NCBI GenBank assembly: GCA_013335095.1
Contig: JAAXWF010000004.1
Location: 74,740-138,739 of the forward strand
DNA length: 64,000 nucleotides
DNA from: a candidate division WWE3 bacterium
GTDB taxonomy: Bacteria; Patescibacteriota; 4484-211; GCA-002791395
Reading direction: 5' to 3'
How positions within the stretch are numbered: the first letter of the stretch is position 1; each line of letters begins with the position of its first letter. Shown in pieces: positions 61,401 to 64,000 of this stretch. Position numbers and translations under genes: made by a program. The notes beneath the pieces are model-generated. The model made no database searches and had not been told where the DNA came from. It saw nothing but the letters and a program-made list of their open reading frames with translations.

Positions 61401-64000
61401 AGTTGTGACAGTAACCGAAGTCACATCGGCCGACCCGATGGTTAATGCACTCGCACCAACGGCATCAAAAGTTGAGGCAAATACACTGTTTGATCCTGCC
61501 GAAATATTACCTGAGACATTTACATCCCCACCACTTGGGGCAATTGTTAGATCTCCCCCACTGTTAACGGTGAAAGAGTTATAAACGGAACCATCGGTGT
61601 AAGTTAATCGTAGTTGTTCAGTAGTTGCTAAGATATCGGCCTTTGCGTCGGCTCCAGTTGTACCAATACCAATACGTGAATTTGTCGTATCAGCAACCAG
61701 TAATCCATTTTCTACATTTAAGGATGTAGTACTGCTATCAGCAAGGTCCCAAGCCTGTGCTTGCAATAATGTTACGCCACCGGGTGCATCAAAAACGACA
61801 TCACCACTATTGTATGTTTTAAGTGTTAAATTGTTGCTCTCAAAGTTATCGCCGACCTCTAAATACAATGGTGATTTGGTTTTGATCGTACTACTCGTCT
61901 GATTGGTAAATTGTAGATCATATGCCATTGACACATCACCCGCGGCAGTGAAGGAATGCGGCAAATTCGATGTTATGCCAGTTTCAGAAATGGCAAATAG
62001 TGGAGTTGTACCATCCCGAACAACAAAGAGGTTACCGCTCGTTGTTCCATTTGATCCAATGGTTATTCCAAACAAATCGCCAGTAGCAGTAGTCGCGGAT
62101 CCAGGTGTCCAGTTTACATCCATAATTGATCCCGAGGTTAAAGCAGTAGAAGTTGAACCAAAGGTATATGCAGTTCCCGTTGTTAAGGAGTTCGAGGCAT
62201 AGGTTAACCCATTGGTTGTTGTTCCGGTAAAGTTTTGTGTCCAAGTATTTGTTCCTTGATTTACCACAAGCGCGGCATCTAAGTCCAACGTATCTTCAAG
62301 CTCAGAGAAATCAATACAATCGGTACAAATAAAGTCAGATGCCGTCACCGTACTGCTGCTGGCCAAAATGTTTCCACCAGTAAATGACCACTCGTCATTC
62401 GTTGTATACGTGATATTGCCCGTATCGCCATCAGATGCAAACATTGAAAGAACGGCATTGGCGGTGGCTCCAGTTCCAAATCGTACGGTATTTGCGGAAA
62501 CGTCGACACTAAATGGAGAGGCTAAGGTTGATCCTCCGATCGCCAGGTCTTCAGCCGTGTCGGTTAGGTAACTAATACCAGTACCATCAGTCCAGATATT
62601 GGCTGCATTTGAACAGGGTTGCCATTCAAAATCTCCAGTGGTGGTCTCGCGCGTCAAACACTCTTCATCAGCGGCGGTGTCAACTGATTTAAGATCGGTT
62701 GCTAAGATGGTTGCATCCAAAATCTCGGTTGAATCGATTGATCCAGCTGGTAACACTACTTCGGCCGTACCAGTTCCATCGGTTGTAACGGTTACCGAAG
62801 TAACATCAGCAGAACCGATGGTTAAGGCACTTGCACCAACAGCGTCAAACGTTGAAGCAAACACGCTGTTTGATCCAGCCGAAATATTACCTGAGACATT
62901 TACGTCCCCACCACTTGGCGCAATCGTTAAATCTCCACCACTGTTAACCGTAAATGAGTTGTACACGGAACCATCGGTATACGTTAATCTCAGTTGTTCA
63001 GTTGTTGAAAGAACGTCTAATTTTGCATCAGGTCCGGTTGTACCAATGCCAACAGTTCCAGACATATAGTTTCGATCTTCGCCGGTAACATAAAATCCAT
63101 ACGCGGTTGCATTTGCATCATTTTGGGTCAGGCCGAGGTAATTTCCATACACGGTATCATCACCCGTAGCATTCGCATCAATCGTTACATCGGTGCGGAA
63201 TGCGTAGAACGTCTTGGCAGTACCGGTATTTGTGTCTTGGTAATCGAGAGCTATTCCTATGTTTCCTGTAGTACTGGAATCGACATCCATATCGATAACT
63301 CCAGCGGTCGTTGTTGAATCATTGGTCGCACCATCAATCTGGAGATAATTCGCTACAGGTAAACTCCATACCGTATTTCCTGAATCATTAACTGTTAGCA
63401 CAGTTGTTCCGTTATCCTGAACGATAAAGTCACCAGTTGATGACAAGTTCGTGGTAATATTACCCGCACCGCTCGCCGTAAAGGTTAAATTATTAGCACC
63501 CATAGTTATACCAGTTGAAGCATCTAGAGTCATCGCATCAATCAGTTCGGTGAAATCGAGACAATCAGTACAAATAAAGTCAGACGCCGTAATCGTGCTA
63601 CTGCTGGCTAAGATATTTCCACCGCTAAATGACCACTCATCATTAGTCGTGTACGTAATCGTTCCGGTATCTCCATCCGATGCATACATTGAAAGAATCG
63701 CATTTGCTGTTGCTCCCGTACCAAGTCTGGCTGTATTCGCCGAAACATCAACGCTAAAGGCTGATGCGAGCGTCGAACCACCTACTGCGAGATCTTCGGC
63801 AGTATCAGTCAAGTACGTAATGCCACTACCATCAGTCCAAGGACCAACCCCATCTCCACACGTCTGCCATTCAAAATCTCCAGTGGTGGTCTCGCGCGTC
63901 AAACACTCTTCATCAGCGGCTGTGTCTACTGATTTAAGATCAGTGGCTAAGATTGTTGCATCCAAAATCTCGGTTGAATCGATTGATCCAGCTGGTAATA
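58458..64000 (-). CDS. Giant tandem-repeat cell-surface protein, 5' end beyond window
   Basis: Open frame to the window edge. At least three about 420-460 aa repeat units (each beginning ILDATILATDLKSVDTAADEECL...FEWQTCG) with near-identical DNA copies (e.g. 62.70-62.76 kb vs 63.95-64.0 kb). Unique about 550-aa C-terminal domain. Confidence 0.7.
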   Translation of the reverse strand, partial: LPAGSIDSTEILDATILATDLKSVDTAADEECLTRETTTGDFEWQTCGDGVGPWTDGSGITYLTDTAEDLAVGGSTLASAFSVDVSANTARLGTGATANAILSMYASDGDTGTITYTTNDEWSFSGGNILASSSTITASDFICTDCLDFTELIDAMTLDASTGITMGANNLTFTASGAGNITTNLSSTGDFIVQDNGTTVLTVNDSGNTVWSLPVANYLQIDGATNDSTTTAGVIDMDVDSSTTGNIGIALDYQDTNTGTAKTFYAFRTDVTIDANATGDDTVYGNYLGLTQNDANATAYGFYVTGEDRNYMSGTVGIGTTGPDAKLDVLSTTEQLRLTYTDGSVYNSFTVNSGGDLTIAPSGGDVNVSGNISAGSNSVFASTFDAVGASALTIGSADVTSVTVTTDGTGTAEVVLPAGSIDSTEILDATILATDLKSVDTAADEECLTRETTTGDFEWQPCSNAANIWTDGTGISYLTDTAEDLAIGGSTLASPFSVDVSANTVRFGTGATANAVLSMFASDGDTGNITYTTNDEWSFTGGNILASSSTVTASDFICTDCIDFSELEDTLDLDAALVVNQGTNTWTQNFTGTTTNGLTYASNSLTTGTAYTFGSTSTALTSGSIMDVNWTPGSATTATGDLFGITIGSNGTTSGNLFVVRDGTTPLFAISETGITSNLPHSFTAAGDVSMAYDLQFTNQTSSTIKTKSPLYLEVGDNFESNNLTLKTYNSGDVVFDAPGGVTLLQAQAWDLADSSTTSLNVENGLLVADTTNSRIGIGTTGADAKADILATTEQLRLTYTDGSVYNSFTVNSGGDLTIAPSGGDVNVSGNISAGSNSVFASTFDAVGASALTIGSADVTSVTVTTNGTGDSEVVLPTGSISAGEILDDTLLPVDMASVDSEADEECLTYESTGSTFEWQTCGGASSPWTDGTGITYLTDTAEDFAVGGSTLASAFSVDVSANTARIGTGATANAVLSMFASDGDTGTITYTTNDEWSFSGGNILASSSTITASDFVCTDCLDFTELIDAMTLDASTGITMGANNLTFTASGAGNVTTNLSSTGDFIVQDNGTTVLTVNDSGNTVWSLPAANYLQIDAAATDTTTTAGVIDVNIDSSTGNAIGFSVDFEDTNTGSTRTMYAIRNDITIDANATGNDNVYGYYSAFTQTDAAATAWGIYSTGEDSNYFSANVGIGTSGPDRRLDVLDASAAQLRLTYTDGSVYSEFQTDSSGNLTVSTTGSSVTFSGDTVNATDFACTDCLDFAELEDTLDLDAALVVNQGSNTWTQNFTGTTTNGLTYASNSLTTGTAYTFGSSSTALTTGTVMNVNWTPGSATTATGDVFAVTVGSNGNVGNVFIARDGTSSLFSITETAITSELPHSFNAAGDVAIAYDMLFSNQTAAYIKSNGPFTIEAGESFESNDLTMRTFNSGGIILEAAGNVSINNDLVLSSDQTLTSTNIGGSGILAYGAICADDSLDTADDCIDASRAAGTVYGISSSFAIDDIAENFPTLDESIQAGDLVSIDPQTVPDAVPGAFQSGDYETEFVKKANSRSAVLGAISEKPGVLLGGFGQSNDPRSKKEVAVALNGRIPVNVVSTAGNIEVGDPISGSDVIGFGQKAIDAGWVIGRALSPFDPNNGVGEPIACPKGAPSGSRCAQILVMIQAGWYQPSAFSGAANDLATLLETSATLKMNSVELTNAAISDSLTVLGKATVGELVVNKNITNGMLTINGENGSLETVASSLKLQPTRAASLDIMGGAVEVDIDGNLKIKEGLIYANDSIRGSIALPAGQVRIPVVKDWKEAPKSINTTPSYNTKVWVESITKDGFVIYVESASATDATIYWSAIW

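Noticed and set aside
58458-64000. Long near-identical direct repeats that could be mistaken for a CRISPR array or IS copies
   Set aside because: The repeat units are about 1.3 kb, lie in one continuous open reading frame and encode a repeated protein module. There is no short repeat-spacer periodicity.

Overview
This is an AT-rich (about 38-40% GC) bacterial chromosomal segment with compact, standard-code genes; TGA is used as a stop (e.g. dnaG). The gene content fits a small-genome Patescibacteria/CPR-like organism.

Recognisable core genes:
- tRNA-Gln(CUG)
- gltX
- dnaG-rpoD operon
- nfo
- pgk and pyk, convergent with an inserted island
- truB
- an F1Fo ATP synthase operon atpF-H-A-G-D-C lacking atpB/atpE
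- ABC transporters
- an ECF sigma factor with a DUF5667-like partner
- a sensor kinase with two single-domain response regulators
- type IV pilin-like proteins, one with a large LamG-like C-terminal domain
- a glycoside hydrolase carrying dockerin repeats
- a giant (more than 1835 aa, truncated by the window end) tandemly repeated surface protein.

The most unusual content is a set of GC-rich (about 50-60% GC) islands embedded in this AT-rich backbone, at about 20.1-20.8 kb, 21.4-22.7 kb, 34.2-36.2 kb, 38.95-41.8 kb, 44.9-45.7 kb and 46.5-48.5 kb. They use strong AAGGAGG ribosome-binding sites and share leader and operator motifs. A palindromic ATCCGGAT operator sits inside a conserved TATAAT-N10-TTTTCATCCGGATA-AAGGAGG leader found in two islands, with related half-sites in a third. 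The islands also have heavily structured 5' leaders with repeated hairpins.

The islands encode only uncharacterised proteins:
- a tandem transposase-type HTH regulator with no DDE domain
- a four-gene cassette of small proteins joined by translational coupling
- a paralogous pair of proteins that combine a long-spaced CxxC...CxxC zinc ribbon with a clear sigma-70 region-4-like HTH but no region 2.

I could not assign these to any described system. They are the best candidates for a novel horizontally acquired regulatory or accessory module.

No CRISPR array, integrase, reverse transcriptase or rRNA was seen.
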